This document shows positions 29,357-39,318 of a stretch of DNA of 64,000 nucleotides, in pieces. Within the stretch, counting starts at the first letter, position 1. The number at the start of each line of letters is the position of its first letter. The stretch is from Leptospira sp. (GTDB lineage: Bacteria > Spirochaetota > Leptospiria > Leptospirales > Leptospiraceae). Both the position numbers and the translations under genes were made by a program. The notes beneath the pieces are model-generated. The model was not told the DNA's origin. It did no database searches and saw nothing but the letters and a program-made list of their open reading frames with translations. The stretch spans positions 64,001-128,000 of the forward strand of contig JAWXAQ010000035.1 in assembly GCA_034439575.1 (NCBI GenBank). Reading direction: 5' to 3'.

Positions 29357-30526
29357 ATGACAACTGCAAAACTTCTCTCAAGTTTCAATGCTCAGTCTCA
29401 AAAATTTTTTTTGCAATTTGGAGGACAAGGCTCCCCTTACCTCAAGGAATTATCTAAACTATACCAAGAACCAGATCTTAAAGAATTCTTCGAAGTTACT
29501 TTTAAAACGACCGCAGAAATATTTACTCGTGAAAGTAAAAGTCCTTTCCTTAATGAAGGTTTTGATTTCAAAGCATGGGTAGAAAATCCAGATGCGGCTC
29601 CCTCAGAGGATTATTTAGCACGTGCACCAATTTCCGTTCCTGGTATTTTTATGACACAAATTGCCAATTATGTTTTAATCACCAAACGTGGCAATCCGAC
29701 ATCCGAATTAATCAAAGCTACAAGTGGCATCTCAGGTCATAGCCAAGGTGTAATTGCTGGTGCACTTGTTGGTCTCGGAAAAGAAGGTGCTGAATTTTTA
29801 AAAGCATACGCTGACTTTCTGAAATTTGTTTTTTATCTGGGATACAATGGCCAAAAAGTTTATCCTGACTTTTCGATACCAGCTGACGTAGCTCAGGCGA
29901 GTGAAGTAAACGCAGACAAAAATCCATCCCCTATGGTGGCTGTGATTGGCTATTCAAAAGATGAATTGGAATCGCGCGTGAAAGAAACAAATGAATCTCT
30001 TGGTTTGAAAGGACAAGATACCATATATATTTCTCTCTACAACACACCAGATTCTATGATCCTCTCTGGACTTCCCTCTTCTTTGGTAAAATTTCGCACA
30101 AAGTGGAAAGCGGAAATGGATGAAAAAAAATTCAAATTTGTTTTTTTAAAAACCACAGCTCCCTTCCATTGCCCATTTATGAATGAGTCTCTTCCTTTAT
30201 TTGAAAATGGTGATGCGAGTGTTGTTCCATTCCCGTATTCGGGAAGTGATTTAAAGGTTCCCGTTTATAGTATCTTCGATGGTCATAATTTACAAAAAGA
30301 TGGAAATCTAAGAAACATACTTTTTAAAATGGTACTTATCGAACCACTTTACTGGGATTTGGCGATTGCTCCTGTTTTCACAGACTCAATCCATGCTATC
30401 GTTGATTTTGGACCAAGCGTTGTCAGTCAAAGACTCACAGGCGGACATCTAAAAGCAAAAAACATAGAAAAACAATCTCTCTGTGCATCCAACGCTAAAG
30501 AATTAAAGGTTTTACTCGAAGTTTAA
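29357..30526 (+). CDS. Stand-alone acyltransferase resembling the starter/acetyltransferase domain of fungal and mycobacterial type I fatty acid synthase
   Basis: FGGQG, GHSQG, PSPMV, ISLYN...LSG.P.SL, APFH, VPVY..FDG.NL, VDFGP. Confidence 0.85.
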   Translation: MTTAKLLSSFNAQSQKFFLQFGGQGSPYLKELSKLYQEPDLKEFFEVTFKTTAEIFTRESKSPFLNEGFDFKAWVENPDAAPSEDYLARAPISVPGIFMTQIANYVLITKRGNPTSELIKATSGISGHSQGVIAGALVGLGKEGAEFLKAYADFLKFVFYLGYNGQKVYPDFSIPADVAQASEVNADKNPSPMVAVIGYSKDELESRVKETNESLGLKGQDTIYISLYNTPDSMILSGLPSSLVKFRTKWKAEMDEKKFKFVFLKTTAPFHCPFMNESLPLFENGDASVVPFPYSGSDLKVPVYSIFDGHNLQKDGNLRNILFKMVLIEPLYWDLAIAPVFTDSIHAIVDFGPSVVSQRLTGGHLKAKNIEKQSLCASNAKELKVLLEV

Positions 30527-31473
30527 TGAATCCCTCAACGCTTCGTGCGGCATCCAAACTTAATTTGATCAGGATACTTTCCTCACATCCTGAAGGATTA
30601 AGTTTGGAAGAATTACAAAAAATTACAGGTCACAAAACAATCACCGAACTCAAAAAAGAGTTAGGTGAATTGTATATGATAGAAATGTATCCGTATTCGC
30701 CACAGGACTGCGTTGACATTGATTATGACGGTGAAAAAGTAAAAATCATACTTCCTATTGATGTAGATAAAATCCTACCTTTAAATCCGGATGAATGGAT
30801 TTTACTCAGACAAATGGTTTTATCAAATTTAAATTCTGATGAAACGAAGAACAAATCTATCATCGAATCCATTGTAAAAAAAATTGATTCGATCATTCCT
30901 TCGGGAAATTGGGAAACAAACCAAAAAGTAAAAACATTTCTCAAAGAAGCCATTCTCCATAAAACTAGTGTTACGATCAGTTATTGGAAAAGAGACAAAA
31001 AAGAAAAAGAAGATCGAATTGTACAACCTTGGCTTTTATGGGAAGAAAATGATTCTTATCTTCTGGCCTATGATCTCCAAAAAGAATCGTTTCGATCTTT
31101 TAGGTTAGATTGTATTTTATCTTGTATCAATGCAGAAAATAAATTTGTAGATTTGCCGAAGAACGCCAAAGATTGGTTAGAAGGTTTTACTCAGCTAATT
31201 TCTGCTGAACCAAAATCAAATGATGAATTGGCTAAACTTTATCTTACTGATGCCTCATCTTATCATTTGAGTCAAAAATTACCCCTGAAAGACTTATCCG
31301 AATCCAAAGTCATAGATGGAACTACCTATTATTTATATGAAGCACCCATACGCGAAGAAGTTTGGTTTATCAATACTATTTTAGGTTATGGTAAAAGCAT
31401 AATTGTCACTTCGCCTATCCATATGAAAGAAAAGATATTACAGCAGTTAAGCGACACTCTTTCTACCCTCTAA
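30526..31473 (+). CDS. HTH-WYL-WCX transcriptional regulator (PafC-like)
   Basis: N-terminal HTH, LYMIEMYPYSPQD, WYL core RIVQPW...YLLAYD...RSFRLD, C-terminal ILGYG...SP. Confidence 0.88.
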   Translation: MNPSTLRAASKLNLIRILSSHPEGLSLEELQKITGHKTITELKKELGELYMIEMYPYSPQDCVDIDYDGEKVKIILPIDVDKILPLNPDEWILLRQMVLSNLNSDETKNKSIIESIVKKIDSIIPSGNWETNQKVKTFLKEAILHKTSVTISYWKRDKKEKEDRIVQPWLLWEENDSYLLAYDLQKESFRSFRLDCILSCINAENKFVDLPKNAKDWLEGFTQLISAEPKSNDELAKLYLTDASSYHLSQKLPLKDLSESKVIDGTTYYLYEAPIREEVWFINTILGYGKSIIVTSPIHMKEKILQQLSDTLSTL

Positions 31474-31485
31474 TAAAAAAATACG

Positions 31486-32394
31486 ATGTCCCTCTCTGTA
31501 GCAAAGATCAACTTAGGGCTTGACGTTCCGAGTAAGAGACCTGATGGATATCATGAAATCAGAAGTATATTTATTAGGACAGATTTTGGTGATGATTTTG
31601 ATTTTGAAAGTTTTCCTCTAAAAAACAATGAAGTACCAGAATTCCAATTGGTATCAATAAACCAACTGAATCCACAAAAAGCCACACTTTTCGAAGCAGT
31701 ATCAGAACGTGGTGATATTTCAAAAAATATTTTGACCAAAGCTTATTTAAAAATATTTCCCTACCTAAATGATAAAATCGGACTTAGAGTTCACCTAACA
31801 AAACGTATCCCTCCTGAAGGTGGCATAGGTGGAGGAAGTTCCAATGCAGGTAGCCTTCTGAAAGAATTGTTTCTTCTTACATCTTTAAATCCAATTGAGA
31901 AAAACCAATTGGCCAAATCGATAGGTGCCGATGTCCCTTTTTTTCTCCAAGACCAAAACTGCTTTGTTTCAGGAATCGGAGATATCTTAGAACCCATTAA
32001 AATTGGAAAAGCTTACGGAATTCTTGCTATTCCTAGACATTCACTTTCTACGAAAGCAATGTACGAGGGACTCCAAAAAAGTTTACAAAATACCCTTGAT
32101 TCAAAAATATGGAAAACTCTGACAGAGGATGTGATTCGAAATCTTCAGGTCGGTGATTGGAAAAGCCTAAATGGCATTCTTGAGAACGAGTTCGAAAAAG
32201 TCGCTTTCCAGACCCACTCCGATTTAAAGGAATTGAAGTTAGGATTTTTACAGAACGGAGCAGAATATGCTTCTCTTTCTGGTTCTGGTTCATGTTTTTA
32301 TGGCTTAGTAAGCTCAAAAACTGCACAAGAAGTTTTGTTAAATTCTATGAGACTTCAATTCTCTGAGGTTGATTTTGTGTCCTTCTCTATATAG
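31486..32394 (+). CDS. ispE: 4-diphosphocytidyl-2-C-methyl-D-erythritol kinase
   Basis: AKINLGL, RPDGYHEI, KRIPPEGGIGGGSSNA, GADVPFF, LSGSGS. Confidence 0.95.
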   Translation: MSLSVAKINLGLDVPSKRPDGYHEIRSIFIRTDFGDDFDFESFPLKNNEVPEFQLVSINQLNPQKATLFEAVSERGDISKNILTKAYLKIFPYLNDKIGLRVHLTKRIPPEGGIGGGSSNAGSLLKELFLLTSLNPIEKNQLAKSIGADVPFFLQDQNCFVSGIGDILEPIKIGKAYGILAIPRHSLSTKAMYEGLQKSLQNTLDSKIWKTLTEDVIRNLQVGDWKSLNGILENEFEKVAFQTHSDLKELKLGFLQNGAEYASLSGSGSCFYGLVSSKTAQEVLLNSMRLQFSEVDFVSFSI

Positions 32395-32398
32395 AAAC

Positions 32399-32474
<76 letters not shown>

Positions 32475-32500
32475 GTTTTTATTTTCATTTTAACAAATAT

Positions 32501-33262
32501 ATGAGCATTGAATCGACTGTAACTGCTGTTATCCTGGCGGCGGGGAAAGGAACTCGGATGAAGAGTGAGCTTCCCAAGGTTGCGGTTGTACTAAACAAAT
32601 CCCCACTTCTGATTCATGTTCTAAAAAATATAGAATCTGCGAATATCAAACGTAAAGTCATTGTTGTTGGATATCGTAAAGATGTAGTGATTGAAATTGC
32701 AAAAGATTTTCCTGGTGTTGAATTTGCAGAACAAACAGAACAATTGGGTACTGGACATGCAGTTCTTTGTGCAGAAGCAAATATAAAATCTTCCGATAAA
32801 TATGTGTTAGTTGCCTGTGGTGACGCTCCTCTTATTTCCTCTCAATCATTTCAATCTTTATTATCAACCCATATTCAAAAAGGTTACACAGCGACTGTTC
32901 TTTCCGCAAAAATGACCGACCCTACTGGTTACGGTAGGATCATTCGTAGCTCTGATGACGGATCTCTTCTTCGTATCGTAGAACAAAAAGATGCGACCGA
33001 TGAAGAAAAATCAGTAAACGAAGTAAATACAGGAACCTATTGTTTTTCAACAGAACATTTATATTCGGCTTTAAAACAAATTGGTAATGATAATGCTCAG
33101 AAAGAATATTATCTTACAGATGTGATTAAGATTTGTGTTCAACTTGGTTTGAAAGTTGGCGCACTCACTTTGGCAAATTCATTGGAAAGCCACGGAATCA
33201 ATTCACCAGAAGACCTGCAAACAGCGGAACAATATATAGAAAAAGGATTAGTTGGCGTATGA
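32501..33262 (+). CDS. glmU: GlmU-like sugar-phosphate nucleotidyltransferase, uridyltransferase domain only
   Basis: [37 protein letters not shown]; ends at 253 aa with no hexapeptide acetyltransferase domain. Confidence 0.88.
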   Translation: MSIESTVTAVILAAGKGTRMKSELPKVAVVLNKSPLLIHVLKNIESANIKRKVIVVGYRKDVVIEIAKDFPGVEFAEQTEQLGTGHAVLCAEANIKSSDKYVLVACGDAPLISSQSFQSLLSTHIQKGYTATVLSAKMTDPTGYGRIIRSSDDGSLLRIVEQKDATDEEKSVNEVNTGTYCFSTEHLYSALKQIGNDNAQKEYYLTDVIKICVQLGLKVGALTLANSLESHGINSPEDLQTAEQYIEKGLVGV

Positions 33263-34200
33263 ATCCAAAAGAAGTAGCGGTATTTTCTGGAAATGCAAAT
33301 CGGCCTCTTGCTGAAGAAATTTGCCAAAATTTAGGAATCCCCAATGGTGCGATTTCTGTGAAAAGGTTTTCGGACGGTGAGAGCTCTGTCAAAATTGAAG
33401 AGAATGTCCGGGGCCGAGATGTTTTCGTCGTTCAATCCATCAGCTTTCCATCTAACGACAGCTTAATGGAGTTACTCCTAATCATCGATGCCTTACGCCG
33501 TGCATCAGCAAGAAGGATCACAGCTGTGCTTCCATATTATGGTTACGGCCGCCAAGATCGAAAAGTAGAACCTAGAGTTCCTATTTCTGCGAGAGTTGTC
33601 GCTGATTTGATTGAAACAGTCGGACCTAACAGAGTATTGACGATGGATTTACATGCAGATCAAATCCAAGGATTTTTTCGAATTCCTGTAGATCATTTGT
33701 ATTTTTCTCCCGTATTAGCGGAGTACATCAATTCGCTTCAACTTGATGATCTAGCAATTGTTTCACCAGATTCTGGTGGAGCAGAACGTGCCCGCAATTT
33801 TGGAAAAAAAGTAAATGGTTCCCTAGCAGTAATAGACAAAAGACGACCAAAGGCAAATGAATCTGTCGTAATGAACGTGATAGGTGACATAAAAGACAAA
33901 CATTGCCTCATTTTAGATGATATGATTGATACAGGTGGCACCATTGCGAAAGCTGCCACAGCGTTATACGAGAACGGAGCAAAATCTGTCATGTGTTGTG
34001 CTACTCATGGTGTTCTTTCTGGCGAAGCCCCAGAAAAGCTAAATAGTGCCAACTTCCAACAAATAGTTTTATCAAATTCTATCCTCGTGCCCGACACAAA
34101 GAAAATAAATAACTTGAAAACCCTCTCGATCGCTCCACTGTTTGCTAAAGCCATCGAAAGGATTCATACCGAAGAATCTATCTCTAGCCTGTTTTCATAA
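33259..34200 (+). CDS. prs: Ribose-phosphate pyrophosphokinase
   Basis: [44 protein letters not shown] 33259 overlaps the glmU stop. Confidence 0.97.
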   Translation: MNPKEVAVFSGNANRPLAEEICQNLGIPNGAISVKRFSDGESSVKIEENVRGRDVFVVQSISFPSNDSLMELLLIIDALRRASARRITAVLPYYGYGRQDRKVEPRVPISARVVADLIETVGPNRVLTMDLHADQIQGFFRIPVDHLYFSPVLAEYINSLQLDDLAIVSPDSGGAERARNFGKKVNGSLAVIDKRRPKANESVVMNVIGDIKDKHCLILDDMIDTGGTIAKAATALYENGAKSVMCCATHGVLSGEAPEKLNSANFQQIVLSNSILVPDTKKINNLKTLSIAPLFAKAIERIHTEESISSLFS

Positions 34201-34217
34201 CTTAAAGGAACATAATC

Positions 34218-34853
34218 ATGGAAAAATTTAGCATCAAAGCAGAACCAAGAACAACTACAGGAAAAGGACCAGCTCGACGTATGCGCGTTGCAGGTCTCGT
34301 GCCTGCCAATATCATTGGGAGCGGACAAGCTACTTCAGCATCCGTTGTTGAAAAAGAAATTCAAAAGTTGATCGATTCTGGAATTAGAAAAGCGACTCTC
34401 ATCGAAGTTGACTTAGGTGGAAAAAAGGAAAATGTATTCGTAAAAGAAGTACAACGTTTCCCGCACACAGGTCAAATCAGACATATTGACTTCTTTAAAG
34501 TTACCCCTGGCAAAAAGATCCTAACAACTGTTGCAGTTAAAACAACTGGAGTTGCCAAAGGTTCAAAAGCTGGTGGTCAATTTGAACATCTTATCCACGA
34601 ACTTCGAGTTAAATCAACTCCAGAAGATTTAGTGGATGTGATTACGGTAGATGTTACAGGTCTAGACGTGGGAATGAGCATCAAAGTTTCTGAACTACCT
34701 ACTCCAAAATCTTGGGACATCATTGTAAATGGTGATCCGATTGTTACTTCTTGTAATAAAACAAAAGCGATTTTGGCAGCAGAAAGAGCGGAAAAAGCAG
34801 AAGCTGAAAATGCATCCAAAAAACCTGCCGCTAAAAAAGCTGCAAAAAAATAG
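34218..34853 (+). CDS. rplY: 50S ribosomal protein L25/Ctc (long form)
   Basis: GKGPARRMR...VPANI, KEVQ...HIDF, C-terminal beta domain; conserved position between prs and pth. Confidence 0.93.
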   Translation: MEKFSIKAEPRTTTGKGPARRMRVAGLVPANIIGSGQATSASVVEKEIQKLIDSGIRKATLIEVDLGGKKENVFVKEVQRFPHTGQIRHIDFFKVTPGKKILTTVAVKTTGVAKGSKAGGQFEHLIHELRVKSTPEDLVDVITVDVTGLDVGMSIKVSELPTPKSWDIIVNGDPIVTSCNKTKAILAAERAEKAEAENASKKPAAKKAAKK

Positions 34854-34869
34854 TTTAGTTTAACAAGCG

Positions 34870-35433
34870 ATGAAGCTTATCGTCGGCCTGGGTAATCCAG
34901 GCGATAAATATAACAATAATAGATCAAACATTGGTTTTAAAATTCTCGATGTCATTGCGAACAACATTGGCATCGAAATCAAAACGAAAAAGAAAAAGTC
35001 TCTTATTGGTCGTGGGGAATTTGAGGGTGACGAAGTTGTTTTACTTAAACCTCAAACTTTCAGTGATCTCTCTGGAGAATCTGTTCTCTATATTGCGAGT
35101 TTTTTAAAAATTCAAGTAAAAGACATAGTTCTTATCCACGAAGACCTTCAGTTAGAACTTGGCCAAATCGTTGTGACAAAAGGCGGAGAAAGTGACGGGC
35201 ATCCTGGTGTGGAATCCGTATCCGTTTCCTTACGCTCGCCCAATTTCATTCGAATTAGGATCGGTGTTCGTAATTCTAAGTATGTTGTTAAAAAAAGAGA
35301 TGAATTTTTACGTGATGATTTTGAGCCATTGGAAAACCTAAGTCTGATTCAGATCATCAACGATGCGGAAGCCGCAATTCGATCGATTTCCATGGGCGAT
35401 ATCGACGAAGTGATTCAGAAATATCACCTTTGA
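34870..35433 (+). CDS. pth: Peptidyl-tRNA hydrolase homolog with substituted catalytic residues
   Basis: LIVGLGNPG, LLKPQTF, RIRIG and canonical synteny; RHN is replaced by RSN, MN by SD, HNG by HPG. Confidence 0.88.
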   Translation: MKLIVGLGNPGDKYNNNRSNIGFKILDVIANNIGIEIKTKKKKSLIGRGEFEGDEVVLLKPQTFSDLSGESVLYIASFLKIQVKDIVLIHEDLQLELGQIVVTKGGESDGHPGVESVSVSLRSPNFIRIRIGVRNSKYVVKKRDEFLRDDFEPLENLSLIQIINDAEAAIRSISMGDIDEVIQKYHL

Positions 35434-35460
35434 TACAGTCTAATCAAGGAGACTGCTTTC

Positions 35461-37422
35461 ATGAACAAAAACATTAAATCTGTATTTCTATTCCTCCTTA
35501 TTTTACTCGTCGTATTATATACTGTATACAAAGGCCAAGACTTTGCCGGTAAACCAGACGAGATCAGTTACTCTGAATTTCTAAACATGGTTGAGCCCGT
35601 GGAAGGTAAAAAACCCATAGGTCGTATCACTTCCAAAGAAGGAAAGGATATCACAAGCAAACAACAGATCATGATAGATCGAGAATTGATCGAAGGTTGG
35701 TACATTCCTTCTGACTCAAAGGACAATAAGCCCAAAGCTTTCAAAACAAACATTGCACCGATTAACGATGACTTGGTTACAAAACTCAGGAAGTCACGTT
35801 TATCTTTCACTGCGAAATCAGCCGACGAAAATAAACTCTGGAGCATGATTTACGGCATCTTACCGTGGTTATTTGTTCTTGGATTTATCTGGTTTATTAT
35901 GATGCGCCAATTGCAAGCCTCAGGTAACAAAGCATTTACATTCGGAAAGTCACGAGCTAAGATGAATGTTGATCCGAAGGTCAAAATAACATTTGGTGAT
36001 GTTGCTGGATGCGAAGAAGCGAAAGTAGAATTACTCGAAATTATTGAATTTTTAAAAGATCCTAAAAAATTCCAAGCGATTGGTGCAAGAATTCCTAAGG
36101 GAGTCTTGTTAGTTGGTCCTCCTGGAACAGGTAAAACCTTACTTGCGAAAGCCGTAGCTGGAGAAGCCGCAGTTCCATTCTTTTCCATATCTGGTTCTGA
36201 CTTTGTGGAAATGTTTGTGGGCGTCGGTGCTTCTAGAGTGCGCGACCTTTTCGAACAGGGCAAGAAAAATGCACCATGTATTATTTTTATAGATGAGATT
36301 GATGCTGTAGGTAGACTTCGCGGTGCAGGTCTTGGTGGTGGGCACGATGAACGTGAACAGACACTCAATCAGATGTTAGTCGAAATGGACGGATTCGAAA
36401 TGAATGAAGGTGTGATCGTGATGGCGGCAACAAACCGTGCAGACGTTCTTGATCCTGCCCTATTACGTCCAGGTCGTTTTGATAGACAAGTGATAGTGGA
36501 TCTTCCAGATCTTCGTGGACGTGAAGAGATTCTTAAAGTTCACGCTAAAAAAGTGCCAATGGTATCTGATATATCAATCAACTCGATTGCTCGTGGGACT
36601 CCAGGATTTACTGGCGCAGATCTTGCCAATTTAATCAACGAAGCCGCATTACTCACGGCGAGACGAAATAAAAAACGTGTGACCCAAGAAGAATTAGAAG
36701 AAGCTCGTGATAAAGTTTTAATGGGCCCAGAAAGAAAGTCCATGTTAATCTCTGAAAAAGAGAAAGAAATGACAGCCTACCATGAAGCAGGTCACGCACT
36801 CCTTGGAACCTTACTTCCTTATACAGAACCAGTTCACAAAGTAACAATCATTCCACGAGGACGAGCCCTAGGACTCACTCAATCTCTACCTGTGGAAGAC
36901 AGACATTCTTATCGCAAACAGTATTGTTTAGATAGAATTGTCATGTCAATGGGCGGATACATCGCCGAAGAACTTATATTTGGTGATCCTTCAAATGGTT
37001 CGAGCAATGACATCCAACAAGCGACTAACATTGCACGTCGAATGGTTTGTGAATGGGGTATGTCCGAAAAACTCGGAACAATTAATTATGGCGGGGCTGA
37101 AAATTCACCTTTCGTCGGAAGAGATTACGGACATTCAAACAAACCATATTCAGAAGAATTTGCGGCTTTGATAGACCAAGAAGTAAAACGCATCGTTCAG
37201 ACTTCTCTTGATCGTGGTCGAGATATGGTCAAAAAGAATAAAGCAAAGTTAGAAGGCATTGCCAAAGCTTTACTCTCAAAAGAAACGATTGATGCTACTG
37301 AATTAATGGCGATTGTTCATCCAGCCGGTGAAAAATCTACATACCAGGATAACAAACGCAAGGCGAACTCTCCGATAAAAAAATCCAAGGGTTCCACAGA
37401 CGCAAAACCTGCTTTCACATAA
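35461..37422 (+). CDS. ftsH: ATP-dependent zinc metalloprotease FtsH
   Basis: Two TMs, [34 protein letters not shown]. Confidence 0.98.
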   Translation: MNKNIKSVFLFLLILLVVLYTVYKGQDFAGKPDEISYSEFLNMVEPVEGKKPIGRITSKEGKDITSKQQIMIDRELIEGWYIPSDSKDNKPKAFKTNIAPINDDLVTKLRKSRLSFTAKSADENKLWSMIYGILPWLFVLGFIWFIMMRQLQASGNKAFTFGKSRAKMNVDPKVKITFGDVAGCEEAKVELLEIIEFLKDPKKFQAIGARIPKGVLLVGPPGTGKTLLAKAVAGEAAVPFFSISGSDFVEMFVGVGASRVRDLFEQGKKNAPCIIFIDEIDAVGRLRGAGLGGGHDEREQTLNQMLVEMDGFEMNEGVIVMAATNRADVLDPALLRPGRFDRQVIVDLPDLRGREEILKVHAKKVPMVSDISINSIARGTPGFTGADLANLINEAALLTARRNKKRVTQEELEEARDKVLMGPERKSMLISEKEKEMTAYHEAGHALLGTLLPYTEPVHKVTIIPRGRALGLTQSLPVEDRHSYRKQYCLDRIVMSMGGYIAEELIFGDPSNGSSNDIQQATNIARRMVCEWGMSEKLGTINYGGAENSPFVGRDYGHSNKPYSEEFAALIDQEVKRIVQTSLDRGRDMVKKNKAKLEGIAKALLSKETIDATELMAIVHPAGEKSTYQDNKRKANSPIKKSKGSTDAKPAFT

Positions 37423-37425
37423 CAT

Positions 37426-37881
37426 ATGAAATATTGGCTCTTTAAAACTGAGCCGGATGTCTTTTCTATCGATGACCTGGAACGAGAAAAAGTCTCGTTC
37501 TGGGAAGGTGTCCGCAACTACCAAGCCAGAAACTATCTCAGAGATGAAGTCAAAGCAGAAGATCTGGTTTTATTTCATCATAGCAATGCCAACCCACCCT
37601 CTGTTGTAGGTATCGCAGAAGTCGTGGAAGGTGGATTGCCAGACCCTCATCAATATGATCCAAATAGCAAATACTTTGACCCAAAGGCTCCAAAAGACAA
37701 TCCGCGTTGGTATGGAGTCAAATTAAAGTTAGTTGCCAAATTTAAAAAAAGAATTTCCTTAGATGAATTGAAAATCACCAAAGGATTGGAAGAAATGATG
37801 GTGATAAAAAAAGGGGCTAGATTGTCTATCCAGCCCGTGGCAAAAAAAGAATTTGAAATTGTTAAAAAATTAGGGCTTTGA
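37426..37881 (+). CDS. EVE domain protein
   Basis: YWLFKTEP, WEGVRNYQARN, YFDPK, RLSIQPV. Confidence 0.95.
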   Translation: MKYWLFKTEPDVFSIDDLEREKVSFWEGVRNYQARNYLRDEVKAEDLVLFHHSNANPPSVVGIAEVVEGGLPDPHQYDPNSKYFDPKAPKDNPRWYGVKLKLVAKFKKRISLDELKITKGLEEMMVIKKGARLSIQPVAKKEFEIVKKLGL

Positions 37882-38691
37882 TGAAAGTACGAGAACTGCC
37901 TTGATTTTATCAATATTTTGAAATTTTGCATCTTTATAATGAAAAGAACCTGCACCTAAAAAACTAAAATCTGGATTTAGAATATTTCGCCTTTGCGCAG
38001 GTGAATTCATCCAAGATTCCAATAGTGATTCGGCAAGACTAATATAACTATGATTAGGAATTGGGGTTCCGTTCTTTTGATAACTAAATTTTTTATGTGT
38101 GTTTTGCTCTGGAGTATAAACAGGTGTTCCAGGTTTGTAATCAATTCCAAACGAAGCAATTATATTCTGTCCAGATATACTATCTTTGATTCCCACAAGT
38201 TCCAATCGGTCTCTTAAGGTTTCTTTGCCAGAAACTTTGCTCGTATGAGAATAAAAATCATACTTAACCATATCTTGCGCATGACCAAATGCCGCTTGTT
38301 CACATAACTCAGAAAAGCGAAATGGTTTCATACCTAACTTTTTTCTTTCGCGACTAGCCGCATAATAGATGGAAGCATTCAAAAGTGGGTAATCTATTTT
38401 ATTAAAATCTATAATCTCTTTCGCCGGCGCATAAGAAAAAAAAGTCTGTTCATTGAATTCCGAGTATTGTTCTTCTTTCCAGGCACTGGAACTCGGTAAA
38501 TTTCTTCCATCTTCGATAGATTCTAAAAAAGCTAATTCTGGTTGGCCTTCAACAGTTTTTGAAACAGTTTCTTTGGCTACTTCTTTTGTTTCTTGTTTGG
38601 TTTCTACTTTTTCTTGTTTTTTGGGTGGTGTGAGGCAACCATAAAAATTGGAAAAAATCAAAAGTAAGGCTATTATTAAAATTCTATTCAT
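37870..38691 (-). CDS. CAP/SCP domain lipoprotein
   Basis: Lipobox-like FYGC, AAFGHAQDM...FYSH, WMNSP..RRNIL. Confidence 0.85.
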   Translation of the reverse strand: MNRILIIALLLIFSNFYGCLTPPKKQEKVETKQETKEVAKETVSKTVEGQPELAFLESIEDGRNLPSSSAWKEEQYSEFNEQTFFSYAPAKEIIDFNKIDYPLLNASIYYAASRERKKLGMKPFRFSELCEQAAFGHAQDMVKYDFYSHTSKVSGKETLRDRLELVGIKDSISGQNIIASFGIDYKPGTPVYTPEQNTHKKFSYQKNGTPIPNHSYISLAESLLESWMNSPAQRRNILNPDFSFLGAGSFHYKDAKFQNIDKIKAVLVLSSKP

Positions 38692-38700
38692 AAACTTTTC

Positions 38701-39264
38701 CTATAAGTAACGATTGTAATCCTGTATCATATTATTTATCATATTTCTTTCTTTGTTGTATTCAATAAGTTTAGCTTCTTTGATTCCAGTTTCCCAAATT
38801 AAAAAAAATGGAACTCCAAAAAGTGTGGTATGTTTTTGTCGGTATCTTTCCCGACCAACTAACTTATCATTGATGTAAAAATCTGCGTGTAAAACTCTCT
38901 CTTGCGAATACATGGATGGTAAAAGTCCAAGTGTTCCTAACATAAATAAAGTTGAGATTGATGAAATCCAAAAATGTTCATATTCGTTCACTTCCGAAGT
39001 ATATATATCTATATGATGTGCACTTCGAATTCCATCTGTTATCACTTTCCCAAAATAACCAGTATCTGAAATGTATTTGGAATAGAGTGCTGTTAATTGG
39101 TTTGTAGAATGAGCAGATTCTGGTGAGATAACTTTCACAGTAAGAAGTGCCAACCTTTGATTTAAAAAGGGTCTCGTGACGATTGGCACATCTTCACTTA
39201 AATAATTATAACAATTTGAAAGTAAAAGTATAACAAGAAATAAAAAAAATCTAATCTTTAGCAT
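38701..39264 (-). CDS. Putative lipoprotein
   Basis: Spirochaetal-type lipobox LLSNC; internal hydrophobic TLGLLP segment. Confidence 0.7.
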   Translation of the reverse strand: MLKIRFFLFLVILLLSNCYNYLSEDVPIVTRPFLNQRLALLTVKVISPESAHSTNQLTALYSKYISDTGYFGKVITDGIRSAHHIDIYTSEVNEYEHFWISSISTLFMLGTLGLLPSMYSQERVLHADFYINDKLVGRERYRQKHTTLFGVPFFLIWETGIKEAKLIEYNKERNMINNMIQDYNRYL

Positions 39265-39318
39265 GATCCGCTTGAATCGTACAGATTATGATGCATTCGA
39301 AAAGTCTTTTTTACTTTG

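Noticed and set aside
29263-29457. 64 aa ORF overlapping the acyltransferase start
   Set aside because: TTG start, out-of-frame overlap with a real gene and no recognisable features.
33133-33258. N-terminal extension of prs in the ORF track
   Set aside because: Lies inside glmU; Prs similarity starts at ATG 33259.
35850-36368. 172 aa ORF antisense to ftsH, and similar antisense ORFs in the hlyD, motA/motB and antiporter genes
   Set aside because: Typical mirror frames of conserved genes with biased codon usage.
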